34,289 bases of DNA from a virus. Taxonomy: Duplodnaviria > Caudoviricetes. This document shows, piece after piece, positions 24,604 to 33,302 of the stretch. A program made the position numbers and the translations under genes. How positions within the stretch are numbered: the first letter of the stretch is position 1; each line of letters starts with the position of its first letter. Under the pieces are notes generated by a model. That model saw only the letters and a list, made by a program, of their open reading frames with translations, did no database searches and was not told the origin of the DNA. Location: positions 1 to 34,289 of the IMG/VR virus record IMGVR_UViG_3300020045_004723; one strand, 5' to 3'.

Positions 24604-25839
24604 TTAAAAAGTAAAAAAGTCTTTAGCTACTTGCAATTCAGTTCCAGCCCAAACCAAAGCATCAATTCTGTTTGGCGACTTATCGCCTTTCTTAGCTTCC
24701 CATGATGTTTGCTCGTATTCCAATTCAAGTAATCTACCTACATGATGCGCTTTACCTTGTTCGTATAACGCCGCTATTGGTTCGGCTCTTGTAAACTTAT
24801 CCCGTGTTGCGTGAACGCCTTTGTAGGGAATATTTTTATCAATCGTTCTTAATACTGTTTCAATCAAATCTCCACCGTTATTTACCTCGCCAATTATTCT
24901 ATCGGCTCGCCATTTATTGTAAAGCATTACGGCAGTTTTACACCAATCAGTAGGTGTGTATATTCCGCTTTTATCTTCAAGTACATACATTTCATCATCA
25001 AAACCAATTCCAGCAGCGACAATACCGGTTTCATCAGACGTATCTTTGGAGGTAACAGCGGGATCTATTGCAATTACAATTCTTTTTAATGGTGGAGCTT
25101 CTTCTACTCTTGTTGATTCTATTATTTCTTGCCTCCATAGGGCTTCTTCTTCGTTTACAGAAGCCCATTCGCCTAAAGCAATATGATTATACTTTTTAAT
25201 ATTTAAAGCCTTTAAACGGCTCATTTCATCGATAAAAGTTTGATCTAAATTATCAATGTTATCTAGGTAAGTGGTATGGATATAAGTTACATCGTCTTTA
25301 ATGCCATTAAATCCACTATTAACTTTATTAGCTTCAAAGAAACGCTTATAAATCCAATGCGTTTTTTTAGCTGGGTTAAGAACTATAATAACTCTATTTT
25401 GAACGCCCTTTGTTCTGATTGATAGATTAATTTTATCGAATACCGTTTCATCAATTAATTCTTCAGCTTCGTCTATTACCCATGTTGAAACGTCTGATAA
25501 CGATTTAAGGTTTGCCGTATTACTTCCAGAGCTAGACTGTATACCCTTGAATAATATTTCGCTACCAGATTTTTTATTGGTTATTTCAGTTTTGTTTACG
25601 GCGAAATTATCATCCGCACCCATCCTTTCGATCTTATCGGTAAATTCTGGAATAATAGAGAGATGTGCAGATGTCATGGTCTGCCTTGTATAAAGTATTC
25701 TTTGCTTTTCCTCGAATGATAATAGTGATAGAAACGAAGAAACGGCAAAGGATTTTCCAGAACCTCTGCCGCCTATTATGATGTAATATCTTGTATCTCC
25801 AGAAAATAGAGTTGAATATTTTTTATTAATCTCAATCAT
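24604..25839 (-). CDS. terL: Terminase large subunit
   Basis: Walker A GGRGSGKS, Walker B WVIDEAEE, LNP coupling motif, nuclease IAIDPA...DETG...SPNRIDA. Confidence 0.97.
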   Translation of the reverse strand: MIEINKKYSTLFSGDTRYYIIIGGRGSGKSFAVSSFLSLLSFEEKQRILYTRQTMTSAHLSIIPEFTDKIERMGADDNFAVNKTEITNKKSGSEILFKGIQSSSGSNTANLKSLSDVSTWVIDEAEELIDETVFDKINLSIRTKGVQNRVIIVLNPAKKTHWIYKRFFEANKVNSGFNGIKDDVTYIHTTYLDNIDNLDQTFIDEMSRLKALNIKKYNHIALGEWASVNEEEALWRQEIIESTRVEEAPPLKRIVIAIDPAVTSKDTSDETGIVAAGIGFDDEMYVLEDKSGIYTPTDWCKTAVMLYNKWRADRIIGEVNNGGDLIETVLRTIDKNIPYKGVHATRDKFTRAEPIAALYEQGKAHHVGRLLELEYEQTSWEAKKGDKSPNRIDALVWAGTELQVAKDFFTF

Positions 25840-25848
25840 AAAGAATGA

Positions 25849-26256
25849 TTAAGTAAATTTTACTACCTCTTTAATATTGAATGATTCGCCTTTAGTGGTG
25901 TGATCGATTTCAGAACGTTCAACATACCCACGTTTTTTCCCCTTAGTCTTTAAGTAGAAAATAATAGCGGTATCACTAGGAGGTAACGTATAGGTTGGAT
26001 CTTCTTCATCACCTCCAGATTTGCCGAGCATTGTAATGCCGTTAATCTTTTCCATCAATTTAGATTCAACAAAGTCGATTGCCGCTTCGTTAACCTCATC
26101 AACAGCTAAGGCAAAATACTCATCTTCATTAACATAGTTATAAAACGTAGTTCTACTTAAACCAACTGATTCACAAGCAGATGAAACAATTCCCTTGCTT
26201 TTTTTAAGAGCTTCAAGTAATTCTTTTTTATGATTGTCAACTTTGTTAAGTTCCAT
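25849..26256 (-). CDS. terS: Terminase small subunit
   Basis: HTH (GIVSSAC..VG.SRTTFY) and AIIFYLKTKGKKRGYVER; immediately upstream of terL. ATG at 26256 follows TATATTTG (26270-26263). Confidence 0.9.
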   Translation of the reverse strand: MELNKVDNHKKELLEALKKSKGIVSSACESVGLSRTTFYNYVNEDEYFALAVDEVNEAAIDFVESKLMEKINGITMLGKSGGDEEDPTYTLPPSDTAIIFYLKTKGKKRGYVERSEIDHTTKGESFNIKEVVKFT

Positions 26257-26270
26257 GTAGTTCAAATATA

Positions 26271-26510
26271 CTAAACATTTTTATATTGCTGCTGGAAAAG
26301 TTCATCTTCCTGTTCTGTTATTCCGAGTTGTGTTAGGATTTCGGAGCGTGATGGTACTAATTCAGATGGACAACCGAATGAAACTGATTCTACATTGTTT
26401 GCATAAAATGGTGTCATCATTGGAAAATATATAGTTTTAACTTTAACAAACTGATATATATCTGTACATGGTATCATTCCATGCGCCTCTTTAAACTCTA
26501 TCTTTATCAT
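26271..26510 (-). CDS. Hypothetical protein
   Basis: ATG at 26510, 4 nt after the upstream stop. Confidence 0.7.
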   Translation of the reverse strand: MIKIEFKEAHGMIPCTDIYQFVKVKTIYFPMMTPFYANNVESVSFGCPSELVPSRSEILTQLGITEQEDELFQQQYKNV

Positions 26511-26514
26511 TTGG

Positions 26515-26793
26515 TTAAATTTGACTATTAACAATATCTAATAAATCTATAGCCCTTTGAAGCCCCCTTGATTTTCCTTTACAAAAAAATTCATCTTGAA
26601 TATTTTCTGATTCTCCTTCTTTTCTTATTGAATATTTTCTGTCCTCGTTAATGCCATGCCTTAAAAAAATAAGATTTTCTTTTGAATAAATCTTTGCAAT
26701 ATCCACAATTACATCAAGGCTTACTCTACCTTCTGTATATCCATCTTTTTCAGTAATCAGTCTTTCGTTTATAAGTTCAATAATCGTTTTCAT
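26515..26793 (-). CDS. Hypothetical protein
   Basis: 92-aa ORF with ATGA coupling. Confidence 0.8.
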   Translation of the reverse strand: MKTIIELINERLITEKDGYTEGRVSLDVIVDIAKIYSKENLIFLRHGINEDRKYSIRKEGESENIQDEFFCKGKSRGLQRAIDLLDIVNSQI

Positions 26794-27179
26794 AATCCCG
26801 ATGTGTTAAGTTCTTGGCCTGTTAATGCGAAGTATATGTTTTGTAGTTGGTGGAGATATTTAAATCCATTATCTACATAAGAAATATAGCAATACTTACC
26901 GAAAGATAAATTATAACCCTTTAACTCTGAATGTGTAAATCTTACATTAGATATTTTCTCAAACCCACACTTCAAAAGCATTTCTTCTGAAAGGGGGATG
27001 CCATGAATCAACTCATCACAATACCCATTAGATATTCTATCGTTATTTTCTTCATCAACGTAATTTACTCTAACATAATTACATTGAGTTGCAATTCCGA
27101 TTGTGTGAATTTTAGAAAATCCTTTATGTCCATGAATTTTTACCATATTCCCTATCCTTAATTCACTTGATTGTATCAT
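26790..27179 (-). CDS. Common Bacteroidota-phage protein (ELRIGN...IPL.EE.LLK.GF...YLHQLQN.YFALTG.EL)
   Basis: Motif recognition; ATG 4 nt after TAGATTTG (27191-27184). Confidence 0.88.
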   Translation of the reverse strand: MIQSSELRIGNMVKIHGHKGFSKIHTIGIATQCNYVRVNYVDEENNDRISNGYCDELIHGIPLSEEMLLKCGFEKISNVRFTHSELKGYNLSFGKYCYISYVDNGFKYLHQLQNIYFALTGQELNTSGL

Positions 27180-27221
27180 ACCCCAAATCTACCTTTTAAT
27201 TCAATACGGTTTTGTAACAAA

Positions 27222-28238
27222 TTAGATAGGTAATTTTTGTTGAACAGGCTGTAATGACTCGATTCTTTCTTTACCTGCTAGAAAGTATTCTTCATCAATT
27301 TCAGTGGCTATTCCTTGCATCCGCATATTATGAACTGCCTCCATTGTTGACATAGATCCTCCAAAAAAATCAGCTACTACAATTTCGTTTCGCGGTTTAT
27401 TTGGGATTACTAAAGCTAAAAGTCGCTCGATTAGGCGTACAGGTTTTTGTGTTGGGTGTATTGAGGTGTAATGATCACGTAAATTTTGAATTATACTCTT
27501 CTCTGTGAGCCCAAATTCCATAGACTGACAAGTGTCAGCACATCTATCGCCTCTTTCTCTTTTGTCAGATGTAACGGAATGTTTAGTAAATTTTTCTTGA
27601 TAAACCCTATCGGTACGAATTATAGATTTTTCGCTCATTCCTGTAGCGATCTGGTTTATACAAGTTATAGACCTATCTCTATCTTTGGTTACTCCATTAA
27701 TCTTATTTTTCCCTTGATATTTATCTGAGTATCCTAAATTGTTGTTTTCAAGAAATGACAAAACAGCATTTAGCGATTTTGGATTGTTAAGGACAGATTT
27801 AAGCCTTTTTATATCTTGTATGATTGCATCAACGTTACCATTTCTCATTTCCAGATATGGAATTTTTACCTTATTAATTGCAGCTTCTCCTTTACAAAAA
27901 ATAGAAACCGTTTCATGTACTCTAGACAAAACCATTAATGGACTTGAAGCTTGTTTTTTATCCCAAACGATTTCCTCCTTAAAAGTGAAGTCCAAATCGG
28001 CTAGTAAAGTATTCCACCTGTAAAAAGAAATACCACGTCCAAACATTACAATAAAACCATTTTTAGTAAGCAGCCTTTTGCATTCTCTAAAGAATAATGG
28101 CTCATCAAACACACGCTCAAGCTTTTGATTTTTAAGGTACAAATAAGGCGGATCAATACAGATCACATCAATGCTTTCGTCTGGTAATGTCTTCATCAAT
28201 TCTATGTTATCGCAGTTATGTAGTTTTATCATTTTCAT
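27222..28238 (-). CDS. Orphan N6-adenine/N4-cytosine DNA methyltransferase (beta class)
   Basis: Catalytic DPPY precedes HPTQKP and the SAM-binding DFFGGS. Confidence 0.95.
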   Translation of the reverse strand: MKMIKLHNCDNIELMKTLPDESIDVICIDPPYLYLKNQKLERVFDEPLFFRECKRLLTKNGFIVMFGRGISFYRWNTLLADLDFTFKEEIVWDKKQASSPLMVLSRVHETVSIFCKGEAAINKVKIPYLEMRNGNVDAIIQDIKRLKSVLNNPKSLNAVLSFLENNNLGYSDKYQGKNKINGVTKDRDRSITCINQIATGMSEKSIIRTDRVYQEKFTKHSVTSDKRERGDRCADTCQSMEFGLTEKSIIQNLRDHYTSIHPTQKPVRLIERLLALVIPNKPRNEIVVADFFGGSMSTMEAVHNMRMQGIATEIDEEYFLAGKERIESLQPVQQKLPI

Positions 28239-28271
28239 ATCACCCCTTTTTTTAGTCTGTTGATTGGTTTG

Positions 28272-28466
28272 TTAGTAAAGTTTGAATTCCTTGTATTTTT
28301 CGTAAAAAGCAATAGTGCCAATACTTTCTAATTCCTCTACATATTCCCAAACATCATCAACTAAACTCTCTTTACCATAAAGATCATCTGCATATTTTAA
28401 AGTTTCGTAATCCCATTTTTTATCGAATGCTTTCGATGCTAGCCAAATTAAATCTTTCTTTTCCAT
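28272..28466 (-). CDS. Hypothetical acidic/aromatic protein
   Basis: 64-aa ORF in operon context. Confidence 0.8.
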   Translation of the reverse strand: MEKKDLIWLASKAFDKKWDYETLKYADDLYGKESLVDDVWEYVEELESIGTIAFYEKYKEFKLY

Positions 28467-28471
28467 TTTAT

Positions 28472-28987
28472 TTATTTGTTATTTAAACGATTGATTGCTT
28501 CTTGTACCTGTTCCGGCCTACCATACCTATTCGAATACCAAACCATTAATTCCTCGAATGTTTTAACGATAATATAAACACCTCCGTTTCGCTCAACATC
28601 TTGTTGGTATTTAACCTGGTCTGGCCTTTGTTTATCCTTTCCGAACTTAATTTCACAATATATCGGAGTTCCTTGAATCAAAAGCTTCATATCAGATGAC
28701 CCCTTTCGGCTTGTTGAAGTTACGAACTTTTCCTTGCTAGTCTGCAGTCTACCCATAGCAGTATCCTTGTAAGTTGCCGCCATTAACCTGCCTTGTGTTT
28801 TTGTGCGCTCTGCCAGGAATCCTACTATAGTCGCGAACTTCTCTATTGCCTTTTCGATATCATTTGCCTTTGTTTCCTTGAACTTGGTTGCAGTGATGTA
28901 GTTTGGGTTCATGGATGGGGCTTTGTTCTCTCGGTGGATCTTATCCATCATGCCCAATACTTGTAGGGCGGTTATCTGTTTACTCAT
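28472..28987 (-). CDS. VRR-NUC / PD-(D/E)XK nuclease (probable resolvase)
   Basis: G.SD........YCEIK..KD.QRPDQ......E..GG.Y. The start could be 28987 or 28999. Confidence 0.88.
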   Translation of the reverse strand: MSKQITALQVLGMMDKIHRENKAPSMNPNYITATKFKETKANDIEKAIEKFATIVGFLAERTKTQGRLMAATYKDTAMGRLQTSKEKFVTSTSRKGSSDMKLLIQGTPIYCEIKFGKDKQRPDQVKYQQDVERNGGVYIIVKTFEELMVWYSNRYGRPEQVQEAINRLNNK

Positions 28988-29285
28988 CGATACTTTCAAT
29001 TAAGTTTAAAGCTTGACTATTTGAAAATAATCTTTTCATTAACCAAAATTCTGTCTTTAATGGATATCCTAAAAGCTGATCGATTCTAACATCCAATGAT
29101 GCTGTTATTGATTTATTACACTTTATCCTAATATTTACTAATTTATATTTATCATCGATAAGCAAATCAATATTCTTAATAGATACTTCAAATAAAAATC
29201 CTAATGATTGAAATTCAATCGAATTTATTTCACCCTCTTTTGGTAGGGATATGTCCTGTCTGTAAAGTTCTAATTTATTTTTCAT
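28980..29285 (-). CDS. Hypothetical protein
   Basis: Overlaps both neighbours by a few nt. Confidence 0.7.
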   Translation of the reverse strand: MKNKLELYRQDISLPKEGEINSIEFQSLGFLFEVSIKNIDLLIDDKYKLVNIRIKCNKSITASLDVRIDQLLGYPLKTEFWLMKRLFSNSQALNLIESIDE

Positions 29286-29496
29286 CTATGGGTTCTATTT
29301 TCTTTGTTTGACATAATTCTAATATTTGTTTTCTAATGACATTCTGATAATTACCATCCTCTGATTTAAAAGTATCTACAGTGTTCCAAAATGACTCACC
29401 GGATTCAGTCCCAATAAGCTTCCATATTTTCCCTTTTGATTTAAAAGAAGTTCTTAAATAACTACCATCCCTTGATAACATACTTAATCTACTCAT
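29275..29496 (-). CDS. Hypothetical protein
   Basis: Overlaps both neighbours by a few nt. Confidence 0.75.
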   Translation of the reverse strand: MSRLSMLSRDGSYLRTSFKSKGKIWKLIGTESGESFWNTVDTFKSEDGNYQNVIRKQILELCQTKKIEPIDEK

Positions 29497-29872
29497 CGAA
29501 TGTTGCTTTAAGTGCCAATATCTCTGCTTTAAGTTCTTCGTTTTCCTTTTCGGTAATCAATTGTTTATTTACCGATCGCTTTAATTTAATCTGAAGATTA
29601 TTACATCGATTACTTAATCCCTCTAATTTTTCAATAACGGAAAACATATTCATTACCCTTTCCTTTGATAACTTAATTTTATCGCTTGTGGGCGACTTTA
29701 TCTCTGCTTTTAATACTTCACTTAGCATTGTGAATAAAATTCCATTAGCAACTATTAAAGCGTTATCATATTCGATAAAACTTTCGTAGAATAAATGCCA
29801 TCCCTCAATCTCAATTTCATATTGTTCTGCAAGTATCTTAAAATCTGGTTTAGAATGGGTTGTTGTCATCAT
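29489..29872 (-). CDS. Hypothetical coiled-coil protein downstream of the helicase
   Basis: 127-aa ORF with a heptad C-terminus. Confidence 0.8.
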   Translation of the reverse strand: MMTTTHSKPDFKILAEQYEIEIEGWHLFYESFIEYDNALIVANGILFTMLSEVLKAEIKSPTSDKIKLSKERVMNMFSVIEKLEGLSNRCNNLQIKLKRSVNKQLITEKENEELKAEILALKATFDE

Positions 29873-30851
29873 CTTCGTAAACTTTTTTTATATCCTCTGG
29901 AGTAATATTAAAATTTTCGTTTGGCATCATTCCTGCGGATGCGTTGTTGTTTATTTTTTCGTGCTCAAATGCGTATTGGTTTGACCCCTCGTAATACCTG
30001 TTCTTCTTCCAATCGAAATACAATGAAGTTACTCCACGCTTAGCAACTCCTTTAGGTTTGGCCTTTTCTACTTGTATTAAAACCTCGTTTTCTAAATATG
30101 GTTGGCCAAATTCGTTACCCATATTTACTGGCGGCCTCCACATATTAATCCAAGTCATTGCCTTTCTGAACAAAGCCTGACCACCTGCAGCCTCTCTTGC
30201 GCTTGGCATTGGATAGTATTGAATTGTTCTGCCTCCTAAATCTTTACCCGCTATTTTTAATTGGCTTGCTGGGTGAAGCGTTTGGATTACGTGCTTTTTA
30301 TTCTTTTTGCAATAACGCCTAATTTCTCCGCAAAGATCCTCAATGTATAAATCCTGTCTTTGTCCGTACTTGCTCATGTCATGCCTCATTTCATTATATG
30401 GATCTGAAAGGATTACCTGCTCATCTTTTACAAGATCGGAAAGTTCGCCAAATGAATATGACTTTTCATCGCTATCTACAACAGAAAACATTTGATCGAT
30501 ATAGTTTATGGCTTTGTAGTATTCCTTATCATCAACGCTGCCTGGAATTGATTTATAAAATGGCTTACCTGTAAACTTATGGATGAATTCTGCATAGATA
30601 TCTTCTACACTTCCTGTTTCTGGTGAATATATTAATGATCTCTTTCCGAATTTTTCAGCTTGGTTAAATACGATTTCGAAACTAAGTTCGGATTTACCAT
30701 GATGGGGAGCGGCTAATATGAATGTGTAACTTCCTTGCTTTAAAGAAAATATTTCATCAAGGCATTTAAATCCGGTATCCTCACCCCTCGGATTTCCTTT
30801 CATCCTCATTTCATTTAATGATGATTCTATATTTTGGAATTTCTTAATCAT
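29850..30851 (-). CDS. DnaB/SF4-like replicative helicase (RecA fold)
   Basis: TGF..LD, Walker A APHHGKS, YSPE, ILSDPYN, HP and VEKAKPK; follows the initiator. Confidence 0.88.
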   Translation of the reverse strand: MIKKFQNIESSLNEMRMKGNPRGEDTGFKCLDEIFSLKQGSYTFILAAPHHGKSELSFEIVFNQAEKFGKRSLIYSPETGSVEDIYAEFIHKFTGKPFYKSIPGSVDDKEYYKAINYIDQMFSVVDSDEKSYSFGELSDLVKDEQVILSDPYNEMRHDMSKYGQRQDLYIEDLCGEIRRYCKKNKKHVIQTLHPASQLKIAGKDLGGRTIQYYPMPSAREAAGGQALFRKAMTWINMWRPPVNMGNEFGQPYLENEVLIQVEKAKPKGVAKRGVTSLYFDWKKNRYYEGSNQYAFEHEKINNNASAGMMPNENFNITPEDIKKVYEDDDNNPF

Positions 30852-31582
30852 TAGTTTGTAATTTGAGGTGAGTATCCTTTAACGGTTTTGTCTTTGTTGA
30901 AATCATTTCTAGCCCATCTTTCCAATCGCCTTGCAACATCCCACGTTTTCTGTATCTCGAAAGCCATTTTAGTTTTTGATTTGTTAGGCTCTGTCCAGTA
31001 CTTAAAAAATTCATTACAGGTCTCTTTTCCGTACTTGTTTACGAAAGGCGAAATGCTTTCCTTAAACTTTTCTCTTCTATCCAAAAAAGATTTTGTTAGG
31101 TCTGCCTTAGCAGACAACAATATACTATTAGTATTATTTACTTTACTCTTCTCTATATTGGTTATGTTTGGGTTATCGTTCGCTTTCATTTGGGTTATGC
31201 TTTCGGTTTCGTTTCGGTTAGCGAAAATTAACCCATTCGGTTTTTCTTCGGTTTCTTCCTTTCTTGGACGACCACCTAAAGCACCGTTTCTTCTATTCGT
31301 AATTATCTGAACCTCTTTGCTTTGCAACTGTTCATTAAGAAATGATATACGAATTTTACCATCATCAACTTTTATAACTCCGCACTCTACTAATTGGTTA
31401 ATTTGATCTTTATTTTCTCTGAATTTCTTTGAAAGATTGCTTAAAGTTAGTTCGCAATCCTTGCTCCAGTAGTATCCGCAAATATTTATGAACAAACCCT
31501 GAAGCTCAAAAGTCTCTAATGTTATATCTCCGTTAATCCAATCGTTAACGTAAAATTTAAAGTATGGAAGCTCTTTAGCCAT
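30851..31582 (-). CDS. Replication initiator (replisome organiser)
   Basis: LPYFKFYV.DW..G N-terminal winged-helix type, NG..GGRP linker, F..YWTE....K...E..KTW....RL.RW C-domain. Confidence 0.88.
   Translation of the reverse strand: MAKELPYFKFYVNDWINGDITLETFELQGLFINICGYYWSKDCELTLSNLSKKFRENKDQINQLVECGVIKVDDGKIRISFLNEQLQSKEVQIITNRRNGALGGRPRKEETEEKPNGLIFANRNETESITQMKANDNPNITNIEKSKVNNTNSILLSAKADLTKSFLDRREKFKESISPFVNKYGKETCNEFFKYWTEPNKSKTKMAFEIQKTWDVARRLERWARNDFNKDKTVKGYSPQITN
31158..31254. repeat. Iteron-like array, candidate replication origin
   Basis: TT(C/G)GGTT(A/T)-like units start at 31158, 31168, 31179, 31190, 31202, 31213, 31236 and 31247, next to an AT-rich tract at about 31119-31145. 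Confidence 0.7.
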
Positions 31583-31886
31583 TGTTTATAAAGATTAATT
31601 GACCGTTTTGTATAAATGATCTCTTTTGTTTATTATATATTAAGTGATCATAATTGTCTATCACAAAATCCGTTATAAATCTTTCGCATCTTAATGCAGC
31701 CTGTTTACTTCCTGACATGTAAAAAACCCTATAAGAATCAAAAATTTTATCTTTCTTATGTTGAGAAATCCTTTTCTCTAAGTTTTCAGAACAACCTACG
31801 TAAACCGGCTTTTTGCCAGAATACAAAACATAAACTTCCCAGTAACCTTCCATTATTGTTATTATTTTATAAACAGTTTTTAGCAT
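31575..31886 (-). CDS. GIY-YIG nuclease family protein
   Basis: VY.L......VYVG.S.NL.KR..QH...A...E.........YN. Confidence 0.88.
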   Translation of the reverse strand: MLKTVYKIITIMEGYWEVYVLYSGKKPVYVGCSENLEKRISQHKKDKIFDSYRVFYMSGSKQAALRCERFITDFVIDNYDHLIYNKQKRSFIQNGQLIFINNG

Positions 31887-31891
31887 AAAAA

Positions 31892-32053
31892 TTACTTAAG
31901 GAGTTCCTTAAGCTTAGATTGTTTGTCTTGAGATAAATCTCGAATTCCTTTCATACACATATAAAAATAATTTGGAGCAACGCCTATTTTTTCCGCCAGA
32001 TGCTTATGCTTAAATCCAGATTCTTTTATTTTTAACTTTAAAAGTGTTTCCAT
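31892..32053 (-). CDS. Cro/XRE-like HTH regulator (53 aa), not in the ORF track
   Basis: METLLKLKIKESGFKHKHLAEKIGVAPNYFYMCMKGIRDLSQDKQSKLKELLK. Confidence 0.88.
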   Translation of the reverse strand: METLLKLKIKESGFKHKHLAEKIGVAPNYFYMCMKGIRDLSQDKQSKLKELLK

Positions 32054-32056
32054 ATT

Positions 32057-32087
32057 CAAATATAAAGTAATTAATTATAATAACAAA
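32057..32087 (-). promoter_or_regulatory. Consensus Bacteroidota promoter for the replication operon
   Basis: TTTG-N19-TATATTTG with ATG 3 nt downstream. Confidence 0.8.
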
Positions 32088-32120
32088 ATAAAATAGCGGA
32101 TATTTTTCAACCCGCCATTC
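32085..32120 (-). terminator. Intrinsic terminator upstream of the replication operon
   Basis: ATGGCGGGT-TGAAAAAT-ATCCGCTAT-TTTATTTT. Confidence 0.75.
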
Positions 32121-32152
32121 CAATCAAAACATCGACATTTGGCCGTGTTTAA

Positions 32153-32368
32153 TTAAAATGGTAATTCGTCTCTAGTTTTCCAATCTATATATTTTCTCTT
32201 TAATCTTATGAAGATAGATTTCGGTATTAGCAATAATGGGGTTTCATTCCATTTATCTTCTTCGTAATTATAATAAGAATGTGAATTGCAATGCTTACAT
32301 ATACAATGTCCGCTTTCTGTATAGTCATCGCTTACATCATGACCTATTAATCTACATTTTAATCTCAT
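32153..32368 (-). CDS. Small Cys/His protein (CRLIGH...CKHC, DUF1660-like)
   Basis: Motif; ends DELPF. Confidence 0.8.
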   Translation of the reverse strand: MRLKCRLIGHDVSDDYTESGHCICKHCNSHSYYNYEEDKWNETPLLLIPKSIFIRLKRKYIDWKTRDELPF

Positions 32369-32481
32369 ATTTCTAATTTTAATTGTGTATTTGGTTTAAT
32401 CATCCTTTGATCTCTTTGCCTTATCCATTCAAGGCCGAATAAGCGGATAAGCAGTTTTCTGTTTGGTGCGTGTTCGGGCAT
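32365..32481 (-). CDS. Small hypothetical protein (38 aa, MPEHAPNRKLLIRLFG...QLKLEI), not in the ORF track
   Basis: Fills the gap exactly; ATGA coupling. Confidence 0.7.
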   Translation of the reverse strand: MPEHAPNRKLLIRLFGLEWIRQRDQRMIKPNTQLKLEI

Positions 32482-32482
32482 G

Positions 32483-33133
32483 TTAGAATAGCTGTGATTG
32501 ATTAACATTATTTGATTTTATAACTCCCATAGCTGTATCTAAAATTGTTTTACCGGCTTCGTAGTCTACTAGGTTTCTAGCTATTTTATCTTTTCGCTGA
32601 TCGCCTTTATAGCTGTTAAACCATTTCTCATCTAAATCATGAAATGACAACAACTTATTGGCTGTAGAATGTATAAAAGACTTTGCTCTTCTATCACCCA
32701 AATCAGTGGGTAGATTAAAATTTGTCCAATAAAGATGTCTACCCCTTTCTTTCGCAGATATTAATGGTGCATAATAAGGTATTACATTTTCCACTACATA
32801 TTTTCCATCAAAAAAATTATCTAAAAATATTATTTCTTGATACAGCTTCATGTCTGGATAACTAGCTTTAGACTTTCTTTCACCATCACCTGTATTGGTT
32901 TTTCTCATTCTGCTATGACTAGGACAAGGAGGTGAACTCCAAATAAAATCAAACTCCTTGTAATGATCTAAAAGATATTGATGAGCATCTGCAACTATAA
33001 CGGTATCATTAGGGAATCGTTCTTGATACATCCTTGCTAGTTCTGGATCTAATTCAACAGCTGTTATTTCATGTTCATCGCCCCATTTGTACCTGTTGCC
33101 ACCTAAACACGCGTAAAGGTTAAGTATTTTCAT
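32483..33133 (-). CDS. Short orphan C5-cytosine DNA methyltransferase
   Basis: LNLYACLGG (motif I), SPPCPSHS (motif IV), VVENV (motif VI). Confidence 0.92.
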   Translation of the reverse strand: MKILNLYACLGGNRYKWGDEHEITAVELDPELARMYQERFPNDTVIVADAHQYLLDHYKEFDFIWSSPPCPSHSRMRKTNTGDGERKSKASYPDMKLYQEIIFLDNFFDGKYVVENVIPYYAPLISAKERGRHLYWTNFNLPTDLGDRRAKSFIHSTANKLLSFHDLDEKWFNSYKGDQRKDKIARNLVDYEAGKTILDTAMGVIKSNNVNQSQLF

Positions 33134-33302
33134 TGTTTTTATTTACCTTAAATTTTAAATTCCTATTTACCCCCAACCACTTACCGGAATCTCCATCATC
33201 CCTAACCCAATGAACGCCAGCCTCGGTAATCTTTCGGACGGTGTACTGCGATCTCTTGCCATATTTATCACCAGGGTTAAGTGATCCGATTTCGACCTTC
33301 AT
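33120..33302 (-). CDS. Small hypothetical beta protein
   Basis: 60 aa, coupled to its neighbours. Confidence 0.75.
   Translation of the reverse strand: MKVEIGSLNPGDKYGKRSQYTVRKITEAGVHWVRDDGDSGKWLGVNRNLKFKVNKNNENT

Noticed and set aside
27222-33133. Restriction-modification system
   Set aside because: Neither methyltransferase is paired with a cognate endonuclease; the GIY-YIG and VRR-NUC genes sit in the replication operon.
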